Shown in pieces: positions 12,706 through 25,979 of a DNA stretch of 64,000 bases. This DNA is from Balanoglossus misakiensis (lineage: Eukaryota; Animalia; Hemichordata): the NCBI GenBank assembly GCA_040954595.2, contig CM082576.2:20259028-20323027 (forward strand), read 5' to 3'. How positions within the stretch are numbered: position 1 is the first letter of the stretch; every line of letters begins with the position of its first letter. Position numbers and translations under genes: made by a program. Under the pieces are notes generated by a model. The model saw nothing but the letters and a program-made list of their open reading frames with translations, did not search any database and was not told where the DNA came from.

Positions 12706-14751
12706 ATGGCAACTGGAAACGACGAGGTGTTCCACGTTCCAGCAGCACCAGGCCCTGTCTCCGTCAAGAGTAGCAGTTCATCAAAAACAGCTAGCTCAAC
12801 AAGAGAAGAAAAAGCCGGTAAGCCGATTGATTTAGTTCTCAAATTAAGGAGATCAATTATCGCTTACCGCGGCCATATGACACGTATTTACATGGATGTA
12901 GAGACCATGTTAATGTCGTCGCCTGACTACCAAGCAGTTACCAAAAAGAAAGAAGACTTGGATAGGATTTTTACTTCATATACAAATACTTGTTATGAAT
13001 ATCAGAAACATCTTTCAAGGTCCGAACAAGAAAGTGTACGACTTGAACACGAATCTGAAGTTAACAGAAAAGAGTGTCTGGAACAACGCCTGAAGAACTG
13101 GATTTCGTCTCATCGAATCACGATAACAACTCCGTCACGTGGGTTGGAGCCAGAAGTGCCACCAGCTTCACAAGAGGATGATGTCAACGGTTCAGCGGCT
13201 TCCAAAAATTCACGTCACTCTACCAAGGACCAGGTAAAATCTGTAAAAAAGAAATCACATAGTCAAACGTCTTATGGAAATGGTAACCGGCAGACAAGTA
13301 ATATATGTTCTTTATCGAGTTCAAAGGCAAGTCGAGCTTCAAGAATTGCAAGAAGGAAGATATTGGAAACCCAGCTTGAACTTGAAAAGATACAGCAAGA
13401 AGAAGAAGCCAAAGCCAAGCTTCGTGATCTGCGACTTCGAGAAGAAGAAATAAAGATGCAGTCAACATTGAAGATTCTAGACGTTCAACAGAAGTTAAAA
13501 CAGGCTGAAATGGAGGCTGAATTAGCAGAAGAGGGAACTTCGTTTCATTCCAAAGAATATTTTGTTGATACAAGTGAAGCAAGGATGACCAGTCCAAGTG
13601 AGAAGATTGACAGGTATTTCCAGTCTTTTCAAGATTATCACCCCCATGTATTGTCGAGTCCCCCAGTAGAAGTTTCCCGGTTCAACACAACAACAACTTT
13701 GCTTAAAGACAGACCGCTGTCCGAAAATGTGAAACAGTTGGAGGGCAATGTGGCAGCATTAAATCCGAATGCACCAGAATTGCAGCCCGTGGACCACAAT
13801 ATTGGGGAACAACTTTATAGAAATGAACCAAGTCCATTGCGGGATGGGCAACACGAAATCCTACAGAGTATGATAAGACAACAGAGTGAAGCCACGCAAG
13901 CACTTGTAACTAGTTTGAATTTGCCGAAGCGGGAATTCCTATCGTTTAATGGTGACCCAGTAGTGTACCCCACGTTCATCAGAAATTTTGAGATAAACAT
14001 TGTAAACGGAACAACCGATGATGGCACTAGATTGGCTTATCTCATCCAATACTGCACTGGACCAGCCAAAGAAGCAATCAAGAACTGAGTGATTCTACCT
14101 CCAGAACAAGGTTACACTGAAGCAAGGAAAATATTATACCAGAATTTCGGCCAGAAACACACGATCGTCCATGCCACCATAGACAAAGTCGTCAAGGGAC
14201 CACAGATCAAGGCCACGGACACATCAAAGTTGCTACAGTTGGCACGTGACATGAATAATTGTCATATGTGTTCCAGCCAAATGAAATACACCGCTGATCT
14301 GAACTCCATGGATACATTGGAGAAGATAGTGAGACGCCTACCTACATTTCTACAAGCAGATTGGGCAAAAGAAGCTGGAAGAATGATTTACTCCGGTATT
14401 GAACCAGAATTCATCCATCTGACAGCGTTTTTGGAGAAGCGAGCAGCCTTGGCCAATACAAGATTCGGGATGTTGGTTGGATCAAAACCAGAACCAGAGA
14501 GAGACGTATAGTCCAGGGTCAAACAATTCACCAAGGCTACTACTTTGACCACTCAAGTGGGTCATGAAATGTACGGCAAGACGCAAGACAAACCCTACTG
14601 CCAATCCAAGAGAGAAATTAGATGTCTTTTCTGCCAAGGACAACACCAACTGCAGAGATGCCGGAAGTTTGCCAGGAAGTCGTTCATGGAGAAGAAAACG
14701 TTTGTGCGAAAACAGAACCTCTGTGATTGTTGTCTGGAAGCAACCCCTTGA
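12706..14751 (+). pseudogene. BEL-2 gag (premature stops at 14086 and 14509, frameshift near 14750)
   Basis: LPKREFLSFNGDPVVYPTFIRNF..RLAYLIQYCTGPAKEAI motif and CLFCQGQHQLQRC knuckle. Confidence 0.9.
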
Positions 14752-14778
14752 CACTTCGCTAAAAACTGCAAAAGTGGA

Positions 14779-17700
14779 TTGTTTTGTCCAGTAACTGACT
14801 GTGGAAGACTTCACCACCCATTACTACACCCAGTATCGTCACATCCTAGCCAGTCGTCAAATGAAGTGTATCCCAGTGGAAGTGGTAGACCAGCTCCACC
14901 CACAACACGTCTTGGGAAGAATAAAGACGAGAAAAGTGACGGGAATTCTGAAGTAACCAATGGGGCCGGTAACACCGTTCATTGTAAAGCAACCAGGACA
15001 AACAAGCCACGTATCAGCCTACAAGTTGTACCAGTCCGAGTAAGTGGAGTGGAGGGAGGAGCAGAGATTGAAACTTATGCATTCCTGGACAATGGTTCAG
15101 ACACAACAATATGTCTCTCATCTCTAGCAGACAGACTTGGTTTGGGTGGACAACCCATTACATATACACTTTCCACACTTGATGCTGAAACGAAGAAGTA
15201 TGGACGTGAAGTTAAATTAGATGTACGAGGTCTACATAGAAATCAAAGTGTTCATCTTGATAAGGTATGGACGACGGACAAACTTCCCATAACGGCAAAC
15301 AGTATACCAACAGCAGAGGATACGAAGGAATGGTCTCATCTGAAGGATGTTGAATTACCAGAATTGCAGAACAAGGAAGTCACAATCCTGATCGGTAACG
15401 ACATTCCAGAAGCACACTGGGTCCTGGAGGAAAGACGTGCCGGGAGAAAACAACCATACGCAATCCGAACATTACTTGGATGGACTTTGATTGGGCCGAT
15501 GAAAGGAAAGAAAGAAACCAACTCATCAATCAACTTTATCAATATGGACCAGATCATCGACAGTGATACTTCTATCAAAGGTATGGAGTCCATTTCATCA
15601 CAATTGGAAAGGATGTACAATGCCGACTTCAACGAAAATCTAGTGGATACTAAAGAATGCATGTCATCAACCTACTCAAAAGACGTCTACTTAAAGATCC
15701 AGATCTCCATGAAAAGTACAGTACAACTATACAAGACTATATTGTACAAGGTCATGCAAAAGAAGTATCTGATGAAAACAAAGAAGACGATAGACGGTTA
15801 TGGTACCTACCTCATCATCCGGTGACGCATCCCATGAAACCAGAAAAGGTGAGAGTCGTCTTCGATTGTGCTGCCAAATGTGGAGGAACTTCACTGAACG
15901 ATCAACTCCTGCAGGGTCCGGATTTGACCAATTCCTTGGTTGGAGTCTTGCTACGGTTCCGTCAGTATCCTGTTGCAGTGGTTGCTGATATCAAGCAAAT
16001 GTTTCACCAAGTTCATGTCGACCCCGAAGATTGTGATGTCCTGCGATTCCTATGGTGGCCTAACGGTGACCTCACGAAGGAGCCCGTCGATCATCAAATG
16101 CTTGTTCATTTGTTTGGCGCGACATCATCACCTAGTTGTTCAGCATACGCCCTCCGGAGAACAGCTGATGACAATAGAAGTAACTTCGACTCGGACATCA
16201 TAGATGCTGTCTACAGAAATTTCTACGTGGATGATTTCTTAAAATCAGTACTTGCCGTGGACACAGCCAAGAGACTCATCACTGAAGTTTCAGCCCTTTT
16301 GTCTAATGGTGGATTTCATCTGACCAAATGGATTTCTAATTGCACAGAAGTATTGTCCTCCATCCCGTCAGAAGAAAGGGCGCCATATGTGATGAATTTA
16401 GACCTGGAAGACTTACCAGTTGACAGAGCTCTTGGTGTACAATGGGACATTCAAGAAGATACTATGAGCTTCAGAGTTGGCAAGGAAAGTAAAAGTGAAA
16501 CTCGAAGAGGGATTCTCTCAGTTGTAGTATCTGTGTACGACCCACTAGGATTTGTTGCACCATTTGTATTGCCGGCTAAGCGCATATTACAAGAATTATG
16601 CAAAGAAGGATGTGGATGGGATGAAGCCATACCAGTGAAATATCTAGTTGTTTGGCGTGAATGGTTACAGAAGTTACCGATGTTAAAAGCCATGGTAATT
16701 CCACGGTGTTACACACCTCCAGGTTTTGGCCAGCCACAATCTATAGAAATTCATCATTTCTGCGATGCTTCAACGGAAGGATATGGGGTTGTTTCCTACC
16801 TACGGTTTATTGACAAAGGTGGTAATTTTCACTGCAGCCTCGTGACTGGCAAATCTAGAGTTGCTCCACTGAAGACCATTACAGTACCAAGATTGGAATT
16901 GACAGCAGCAACAGTGGCCGTTAAAGTCAGCAAACAGATAAAAGAAGAACTTCAATTTCCTATCCATCGAGAGCGATTCTGGACAGACTCTACCATTGTT
17001 ATACAATATATCTGCAGCTCAACAAGACGCTTCAAGACCTTTGTAGCCAACCGCCTACAACTAATACACGATGCAACACTACCGTCACAATGGCATCATG
17101 TTCCTTCACAACTCAATCCAGCTGATTGTGCCTCCCGAGGTATTACCTTGAATGCCGCCAAAGCGAAGTCCAAACTGTGGTTCGAAGGTCCAGAATTTCT
17201 CTGGAAATCTGAAGGAAACTGGCCAACCCAACCTACCGACTTACCAAGAATATCGGATGAGGACAACGAATTGAAAATGGCAAAGGTATGCGCAGTGGTA
17301 AACAGCAACCAGACGGATGACACTGATATCATCCATTCGTTAATTCACAGATTTTCGTCATGGTACAAACTTTGCAAATCTGTCGCTTGGATTTTACGAT
17401 ACAAGAAGTATCTCCGAGCTCGCATTGAGAATGGCGGAAATGGTAAAGTTCCGGTTGGTGCTCTAACGGTGTCAGAAGTGTCCGATGCTACCTTAGAAGT
17501 CATTAGAGTCGTTCAACGGAAAGCGTTTCCTAAGGAAATATCAACACAGTTGAAGAATCCAAGCAGAAAACCAGATTCTGAAGGATATACCAGTCCACTT
17601 TGCAGACTCAGTCCAATATACAAAGATGGCATTATACACGTTGGTGGAAGACTAAACAACTCCCCCATAGATGAAACCACAAAACATCCTATTATTCTAC

Positions 17701-17893
17701 CCCATAATCATCAAGTGACCGAATTAATTGTTCAGTTTTTCCATGAGCAGGAAGGTCACGTAGGAACCACCCATGTGTTATCCAGAATCCGAAAAGAATA
17801 TTGGATTTTGAGAGGCCAAGCTACTGTCAGAAGAATTCTGCGGAAATGTGTAGTGTGCAGGAGATGGAATGCAAGACCTGGAACGCAAATAAA
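14779..17893 (+). pseudogene. BEL-2 protease, RT, RNase H and integrase zinc finger (frameshift/deletion near 15660)
   Basis: [62 protein letters not shown]. Confidence 0.93.
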
Positions 17894-18484
17894 AGAGAGG
17901 TTTAGTTACACGTAAATACGTTCGATCAGTATGCGTAGCGTCATTGTCACGTGACAAGCAGAGGTCGCGTACGCGTAGAACAGACGTTCGGAACGGCAAG
18001 CGACGCTTCTACGCGTAATCATGATTACGTGTAACATTTTTTCGGAATTTCTCGATATTCTCTCTTTAATTTGAGCGATTGATCTCTGCAGTGCAATTGT
18101 GATGTAGCCAGCATCCATGTTATCTAAAAAAATATGCCATATGTGCTAAAACCGGCGCTATTTGTTGTTTTCAAAACATAAACACAAAAATGTATTACCA
18201 AACTACGTTTTCAGTGGACGCCTCGACAAAGACATCGAAAAACTTCACTAAACTATCTTTCCACTGCAGTCAAGAAACTTATTGCAAGGGTGGTGATCTT
18301 AGAGAATATTCATCACACACAAAATTTATTGAAGTGAAAAATATTTGAGTTTTCTATTGTTTTTAACTGTTGTTGTTATTCAAAACGGACAACTAAACCG
18401 CAAAATTCACGCGTCGCTACGCATACGCGAACGCCACTGCCTGCCGTCAGACGTACGCGTATTTACGTGTAACTAAACCTCTCT
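17894..18484. mobile_element. 591-bp MITE in BEL-2 integrase (PIF/Harbinger or ISL2EU-like)
   Basis: Perfect 27-bp TIR agagaggtttagttacacgtaaatacg. 3-bp AT-rich TSD (AAA/AAT or TAA). Removal restores ...GTQIMAPLP... Confidence 0.9.
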
Positions 18485-18485
18485 A

Positions 18486-19436
18486 ATGGCGCCACTTCCA
18501 ACCCCAAGAGTTACTCCAGGTGAGAGTGCATTTGCTGCAGTGGGAATCGACTTCTTTGGTCCTCTGAAAGTCAAGTGGAGAAGAGGAACGTCCAAACGAT
18601 ACGGATGTATATTCACCTGTCTCGCCATACGAGCTGTGCATATTGAAGTCACCCACAGTTTATCCACAGATTCATTTATTCAGGCAGTATGGAGATTTGT
18701 CAGCAGACGTGGTCCACCAAAAACGGTATACAGTGACAACGGAACAAATTTCCGGGGAGCGGAAACTGAAATCAAAGAAGCTCTAGCGAGTTGGAATCAA
18801 GAGAAGATAACTGATAGTCTACGCAAGAGGGATATCCAATGGTATTTCAATGCACCCGCAGCCAGTCATACTGGAGGAGTTTGGGAAAGGATGATACGTT
18901 CAGTGCGGAAAATCCTACGAGCACTCGTTGGAAACCAACTAATTGACGACGAAACTTTACTTACTGTCTTGGCGGAGGTGGAGAAGATTATCAATGATCG
19001 ACCTTTCACCCGTCAATCAGATGACCCGAATGACCTTGAAGCACTGACGCCTAATAGCCTGTTACTACTGAGGCCGAATCCATGCACATCTCCTGCAGAC
19101 ACTGTCACGACCAGTACAGCTAATCACAGAAGGAACCAAGCTAATCTCATAGCGAACTCGTTTTGGAAACGATGGCTACACGAATACCTGCCTTCCCTTC
19201 AGCAGAGACAGAAGTGGTTGAAGCCCAAGAGAAATCTGACTGTTGGAGATTTGGTTATCGTGGTAGAGGAAAATATCCCAAGAGGACAGTGGTCAAAAGG
19301 ACTAGTTCAGCAAACTTACCCAGATCAGTACGGCAATGTGCGCCAGGTCCTAGTGAAGACTGAAACAGGAAGATTGCGTAGAGATGTTCGCAAACTGTGC
19401 TTGCTTGAGGAAAGTAGTACACGTATTACACCATAA
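18486..19436 (+). pseudogene. BEL-2 integrase DDE core and C-terminus
   Basis: GIDFFGP, CLAIRAVHIE, YSDNGTNFRGA, GGVWERMIRSV, LTPNSLL, FWKRWLHEYL, RDVRKLC. Confidence 0.93.
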
Positions 19437-19474
19437 TTAATTAGTAATAGCATATCTGGAATTCGTAATTTAAA

Positions 19475-22400
19475 TCACGCCGTAGGAAATCTGACTTGAT
19501 CAACGTGGTCAATGTACGCCTGTTTCTGCTCTAGAGTGCCGGGGCTTCAGCTGAGCCAGGCCGTAGGAAACCCGACGTGATTACCGTTGTTAACTTACGC
19601 CAGTCTGTGTCCTATATATAGTGCCGGGGCATCAGCCGTGCCAGGCCGAAGGAAATGTGAATAGATCAACGTGGTCTCTGTACGCGTGTTTCTGCTCTAG
19701 AGTGCCAGGGCTTTAGCCAAGCCATACCGTAGGAAATCTGACTTGATCAACGTTGCTAACGAACGCTAGTGTCTGTCATGGTGTTCCGGGGTTTTAGTCG
19801 AGCCAGGCCGTAGGAAATCTGACTTGATCATCGTGGTCAATGTACGCGTGTTTCCGCTCTAAAGTGCCGGGGCTTCAGCTAAACCAGGCCGTAGGAAATC
19901 TGACTTGATCACCGTTGCTAACGTACGCTAGTGTCTGTCATATTGTGACGGAGATTTAGCCGAGCCAGGCCGTAGAAAAATCGACTTGTTCAACGTTACC
20001 AGTGTGCAACTGTTTCTGCTCTAGAGTAACTGGGTTTTAGCCGACTTATGCTGTAGGAAATGTGAGTTGATGAACGGGAATTCAATGTTAGAAAACCCGT
20101 GTGGAAAGTATCTCTACCCGTTTGAAACTAAGAAAAGAATTTATTCTTATTTATTTTGTAAAAAAGACAATTTTTCGAAAAAAAGTCGAAAATGGTAATT
20201 TTGTCTTGGGTGATTTAAATTATACCGCCTTTTCTGGAATTTGCAGCACTTTTTACAAGAGAACGACACTTCATGCTCCATAATATTTCCGAAAATGAAG
20301 AAAAGAGTTAATTTTTTATGATTTTTAAAAATTTACCATTTTTTTCAAAATATGGCCAAAATGGCTATTTTTTCTTGAATTCCGTCAATATCTCTGCATT
20401 TTTGGAGAGGTCGAAAGTTTTAACATACAATCAACATGTCATATATGATCAGGGCACCAAATTCGAAGAACAAAGGTTTTTTATTTTTTTCTAAAAATGA
20501 CATTTTCAAGAAAAATTTGGTAAAACGCAATTTTGTCTGCAGTGAGCCAAATTGGCCGGTTTTTTTTGTGGAATTTGTATCGATATATATATACGAAGAG
20601 CATTCTATACTCCATCAGATTTCCGAAAATGTAGAAAACAGGTATTTTTTGTAATTTTCAAAAATTTACCATTTTGACCAAATTGTGGCTAAAATTGTTA
20701 TTTTCGTGTTGAATGCCGCCAGTGTCACTGCTTTTAAAAGTCATAAAAACTTTTAACATACAAGCAATTGTTTATATATGATCAGGTCACCGAATTAAAA
20801 AAATAAAGAATGTTTTCCCTAAAAATGACCTTTTTGGTGCAAAAACGAATAAAACGCAATTTTGTATTAAATCAGCTCATTCAGAGTGCATTTTTTATAA
20901 TCAGCACAATTTTTACATATAATGGAAATTTCATACATCATCAGATATCCAAATATGAAAAAATGATTTAGATTTTAGATGATTGTCCAAAATTAGCTGA
21001 TATCTAATAAATGTAGTATTGAACCGTTCTGTCCCCCCCCCCCTACATTATATGCGGTACGCCGATGTCAGCTTACCCGGCAGTACTGAAGGTCGTGCCC
21101 CCAACTAACGTCGGTGTTTGAAACGCCCTGGTTAAATTCGGGCTCTCTCTATAAATTGACAGGCAATAATGCAGTCCTACCCTAACAAATGTCGAGTGTT
21201 GACCCGCTGTGACTTTCCCTCTTCGGTTTGCCCGACTTAGCCATCGTCTTTGTACTAGAGTGTCGGGTCTTTTGCAGAGCCAGGCCGAAAGAAATCCGAC
21301 TTGATCACCGTTGCTAACGAACGCTAGTGTCTGTCATGGTGTGCCGGGGTTTTAGTCGAGCCAGGCGTAGGAGATCTGACTTGATCATCGTGGTCAATGT
21401 ACGCGTGTTTCCGCTCTAAAGTGCCGGGGCTTCAGCTAAACCAGGCCGTAGGAAATCCGACGCAATCACCGTTGATAACTTACGCCAGTCTGTGTCATAT
21501 AGAGCCGGTGCACCAGCCGAGTCACGCCGTGGGAAATCTGACTTGATCAACGTGGTCAATGTACGCCTGTTTCTGCTCTAGAGTGCCGGGGCTTCAGCTG
21601 AGCCAGGCCGTAGGAAACCCGACGTGATTACCGTTGTTAACTTACGCCAGTCTGTGTCCTATATATAGTGCCGGGGCATCAACCATGCCAGGCCGAAGGA
21701 AATGTGAGTAGATCAACGTGGTCTCTGTACGCGTGTTTCTGCTCTAGAGTGCCAGGGCTTTAGCCAAGCCATGCCGTAGGAAATTTGACTTGATCAACGT
21801 TGCTAAGAAAAGAATTTATTCTTATTTATTTTGTAAAAAAGACAATTTTTCGAAAAAAAGTCGAAAATGGTAATTTTGTCTTGGGTGATTCAAATTATAC
21901 CGCCTTTTCTGGAATTTTCAGCACTTTTTACAAGAGAACGACACTTCATGCTCCATAATATTTCCGAAAATGAAGAAAAGAGTTAATTTTTTATGATTTT
22001 TTAAAAATTTACCATTTTTGACAAAATATGGCCAAAATGGCTATTTTTTCTTGAATTCCGTCAATATCTCTGCATTTTTGGAGTGGTCGAAAGTTTTAAC
22101 ATACAATCAACATGTCATATATGATCGGGGCACCAAATTCGAAGAACAAAGGTTTTTTTATTTTTTTTCTAAAAATGACATTTTCAAGGAATATTTGGTA
22201 AAACGCAATTTTGTCTGCAGTGAGCCAAATTAGACGGTCTTTTGTGGAATTTGTATCGATATTTACATACGAAGAGCATTCTATACTCCATCAGATTTCC
22301 GAAAATGTAGAAAACAGGTATTTTTTGTAATTTTCAAAAATTTACCATTTTGACCAAATTGTGGCTAAAATTGTTATTTTCGTGTTGAATGCCGCCAGTG

Positions 22401-24902
22401 TCACAACTTTTAAAAGTCATAAAAACTTTTAACATACAAGCAATTGATTATATATGATCAAGTCAGCGAATTAAAAAAATAAAGAATGTTTTGCCTAAAA
22501 ATGACCTTTTTGGTGCAAAAACGAATAAAACGCAATTTTGTAATAAATCAGCTCATTCAGAGTGCATTTTTTATAATCAGCACCATTTTTACATATAATG
22601 GAAATTTCATACATCATCAGATATCCAAATATGAAAAAATGATTTAGATTTTAGATGATTGTCCAAAATTAGCTGATATCTAATAAATGCAGTATTGAAC
22701 CGTTCTGTTCCCCCCCCCCCCCTTACATTATATGCGGTACGCCGATGTCAGCTTACCCGGCAGTACTGCAGGCCGTGCCCCCAATTAACGTCAGTGTTTG
22801 GAACGCCCTGGTTAAATTCGGGCTTTCTCTATAAATTAACAGGCCATAATGCAGTCCTACCCGAACAAATGTCGAGTGTTGACCCGCTGTGACTTTCCCT
22901 CTTCGGTTTGCCCGACTTAGCCAACGTCTTTGTACTAGAGTGTCGGGTCTTTTGCAGAGCCAGGCCGAAGGAAATCCGACTTGATCACCGTTGCTAACGA
23001 ACGCTAGTGTCTGTCATGGTGTGCCGGGGTTTTAGTCGAGCCAGGCCGTAGGAGATCTGACTTGATCATCGTGGTCAATGTACGCGTGTTTCCGCTCTAA
23101 AGTGCCGGGGCTTCAGCTAAACCAGGCCGTAGGAAATCCGACGTAATCACCGTTGATAACTTACGCCAGTCTGTGTCATATAGAGCCGGTGCACCAGCCG
23201 AGTCACGCCGTAAGAAATCTGACTTGATCAACGTGGTCAATGTACGCCTGTTTCTGCTCTAGAGTGCCGGGGCTTCAGCTGAGCCAGGCCGTAGGAAACC
23301 CGACGTGATTACCGTTGTTAACTTACGCCAGTCTGTGTCCTACATATAGTGCCGGGGCATCAGCCGTGCCAGGCCGAAGGAAATGTGAGTAGATCAACGT
23401 GGTCTCTGAACGCGTGTTTCTGCTCTAGACTGCCAGGGCTTTAGCCAAGCCATGCCGTAGGAAATCTGACTTGATCAACGTTGCTAACGAACGCTAGTGT
23501 CTGTCATAGTGTGCCGGGGTTTTAGTCGAGCCAAGCCGTAGGAGATCAGACTTGATCAACGTTACCAGTGTGCAACTGTTTCTGGTCTAGAGTGTCAGGG
23601 TTTTAGCCGACTTATGCTGTAGGAAATCTGAGTTGATGAACGGGAATTCAATGTTAGAAAACCCGTGTGGAAAGTATCTCTACCCGTTTGAAACTAAGAA
23701 AAGAATTTATTCTTATTTATTTTGTAAAAAAGACAATTTTTCGAAAAAAAAGTCGAAAATGGTAATTTTGTCTTGGGTGATTTAAATTATACCGCCTTTT
23801 CTTGAATTTGCAGCACTTTTTACAAGAGAACGACACTTCATGCTCCATAATATTTCCGAAAATGAAGAAAAGAGTTAATTTTTTATGATTTTTTAAAAAT
23901 TTACCATTTTTGTCAAAATATGGCCAAAATTGCTATTTTTTCTTGAATTCCGTCAATATCTCTGCTTTTTTGGAGTGGTCGAAAGTTTTAACATACAATC
24001 AACATGTCATATATGATCAGGGCACCAAATTCGAAGAACAAAGGTTTTTTTATTTTTTTTTTCTTCTAAAAATGACATTTTCAAGGAAAATTTGGTAAAA
24101 CGCAATTTTGTTTGCAGTGAGCCAAATTAGACGGTCTTTTGTGGAATTTGTATCGATATATACATACGAAGAGCATTCTATACTCCATCAGATTTCCGAA
24201 AATGTAGAAAACAGGTATTTTTTGTAATTTTCAAAAATTTACCATTTTGACCAAATTGTGGCTAAAATTGTTATTTTCGTGTTGAATGCCGCCAGTGTCA
24301 CTGCTTTTAAAAGTCATAAAAACTTTTAACATACAAGCAATTCTTTATATATGATCAGGTCATCGAATTAATAAAATAAAGAATGTTTTGCCTAAAAATG
24401 ACCTTTTTGGTGCAAAAACGAATAAAACGCAATTTTGTATTAAATCAGCTCATTCAGAGTGCATTTTTTATAATCAGCACCATGTTTACATATAATGGAA
24501 ATTTCATACATCATCAGATATCCAAATATGAAAAAATGATTTAGATTTTAGATGATTGTCCAAAATTAGCTGATATCTAATAAATGTAGTATTGAACCGT
24601 TCTGTTTCCCCCCCCCCCCTACATTATATGCCGTACGCCGATGTGAGCTTACCCGGCAGTACTGCAGGCCGTGCCCCCAACTAACGTCGGTGTTTGAAGC
24701 GCCCTGGTTAAATTCGGGCTTTCTCTATAAATTGACAGGCAATAATGCAGTCCTACCAGAACAAATGTCGAGTGTTGAACCGCTATGACTTTCCCTCTTC
24801 GGTTTGCCCGACTTAGCCAACGTCTTTGTACTAGAGTGTCGGGTCTTTTGCAGAGCCAAGCCGAAGGAAATCCGACTTGATCAACGTTGCTAACGAACGC
24901 TA
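19475..24902. repeat. Macrosatellite: end of unit 2 and units 3-5 (about 1.7-1.9 kb spacing) with variable 81-bp arrays
   Basis: Poly-C anchors at ~21033, ~22710 and ~24608. AT-block starts at ~20072, ~21804 (truncated junction) and ~23637. Confidence 0.95.
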
Positions 24903-25353
24903 TACTGTGCGCATGAAATATGGAAGGAAGCGAAGGCAGTCCACTATTTGAATGCATCGAACGGAAAATTTGCTGGGAAGTTACGCGCATGCGCGTGAGA
25001 CGAGCTATCCAATTTAATCTCATATACAGTCAATTCAAATTACAGGCTGCTATTTTCGTTCCTGACACACTTCCTAATAGAACATGGTTATCACAGTCAT
25101 TCAAGAGATAACAATATTTATTTACATGTCTGTAACAATATTTATCCAGTCTGTTTTAGTTGTGACTAGCAGCGCCCTCGATCATCAAAAATACACTGTT
25201 GCCCTCATTGTCAGTCATCATGTGTATAATCTTGGCTGTCAATACGTAACACACTAGTATTCAAGAATGTAGACAGTGTGTTTGTCAATACAGCCAAGGA
25301 ATACATCATTTGAATATTCATGTATATAAATCATTTGGTTTGTCTTATGACAG

Positions 25354-25421
25354 GTTTAACACTGACACTGAGAGACATAGGCACAGCAAAGAAAGTGACC
25401 TACTATGGACCACCTAGATTG
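25354..25421 (+). CDS. ELAC2: Isolated coding exon resembling ELAC2 / long-form RNase Z N-terminal region
   Basis: Acceptor tttgtcttatgacag and donor gtatgt. 68 bp, phase 1 to phase 0, encoding (G)LTLTLRDIGTAKKVTYYGPPRL, similar to ELAC2 [22 protein letters not shown] (recalled, not aligned). No neighbouring exons recognised. Confidence 0.6.
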
Positions 25422-25979
25422 GTATGTACATTTCAACTCTTTTCACTATTGGTTGTACAATACATGCTAGTTTAGTTGCATCTTTGTCACTAAAGAGATA
25501 CCGGTAGTACATGTAACTTTGGGTGTTTTTCCCAATGTTTATAATGTGTTTTCATTGCCTGTTCTACTTGTGTCTGAACATATTTCAAGCTTCATAAGCT
25601 GTAACTTTTCACTTTGTTTTCAGTATTTTTGTTTTAAGTATTTACTGCAGTGTCTTGTTCAAATCCCTGAATCATGATGAAATATAGGTGTGTCTAGTCA
25701 GTATTGTTATTCTATATTTGAAGTCAAGTCTGGACTAGAATTCATTTCAATAGCCGTTACACACATACAGGTTATGTTGACAAGTGGAGTTCTGGGTAGA
25801 GCATGTGTTACAGTTAATGTCTCTTTAAATATCACATACATACATGTGTCTAGTTTTGTACATGCAACTCATATGTATGTTATATTTATTGATTGACTGT
25901 CAAATATCCTCCTGTTGTTTGATTAAATGTAAATATTGTTTGTTGTAGAATAGAAAGCACGATTCTCCTAGTTCCATAG

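Larger units (their letters stand above)
11982..19474 (+). mobile_element. BEL/Pao LTR retrotransposon (BEL-2), 3' LTR missing
   Basis: Satellite breaks at TGTAAG (11982), followed by gag-pol with BEL motifs. Satellite resumes at 19475 about 40 bp after the pol stop, with ~13 bp of satellite lost and no TSD. Confidence 0.92.

Noticed and set aside
24903-25020. Promoter-like patch with GCGCATGCGC at the satellite edge
   Set aside because: A single motif with no linked first exon. Cannot be distinguished from a repeat end.
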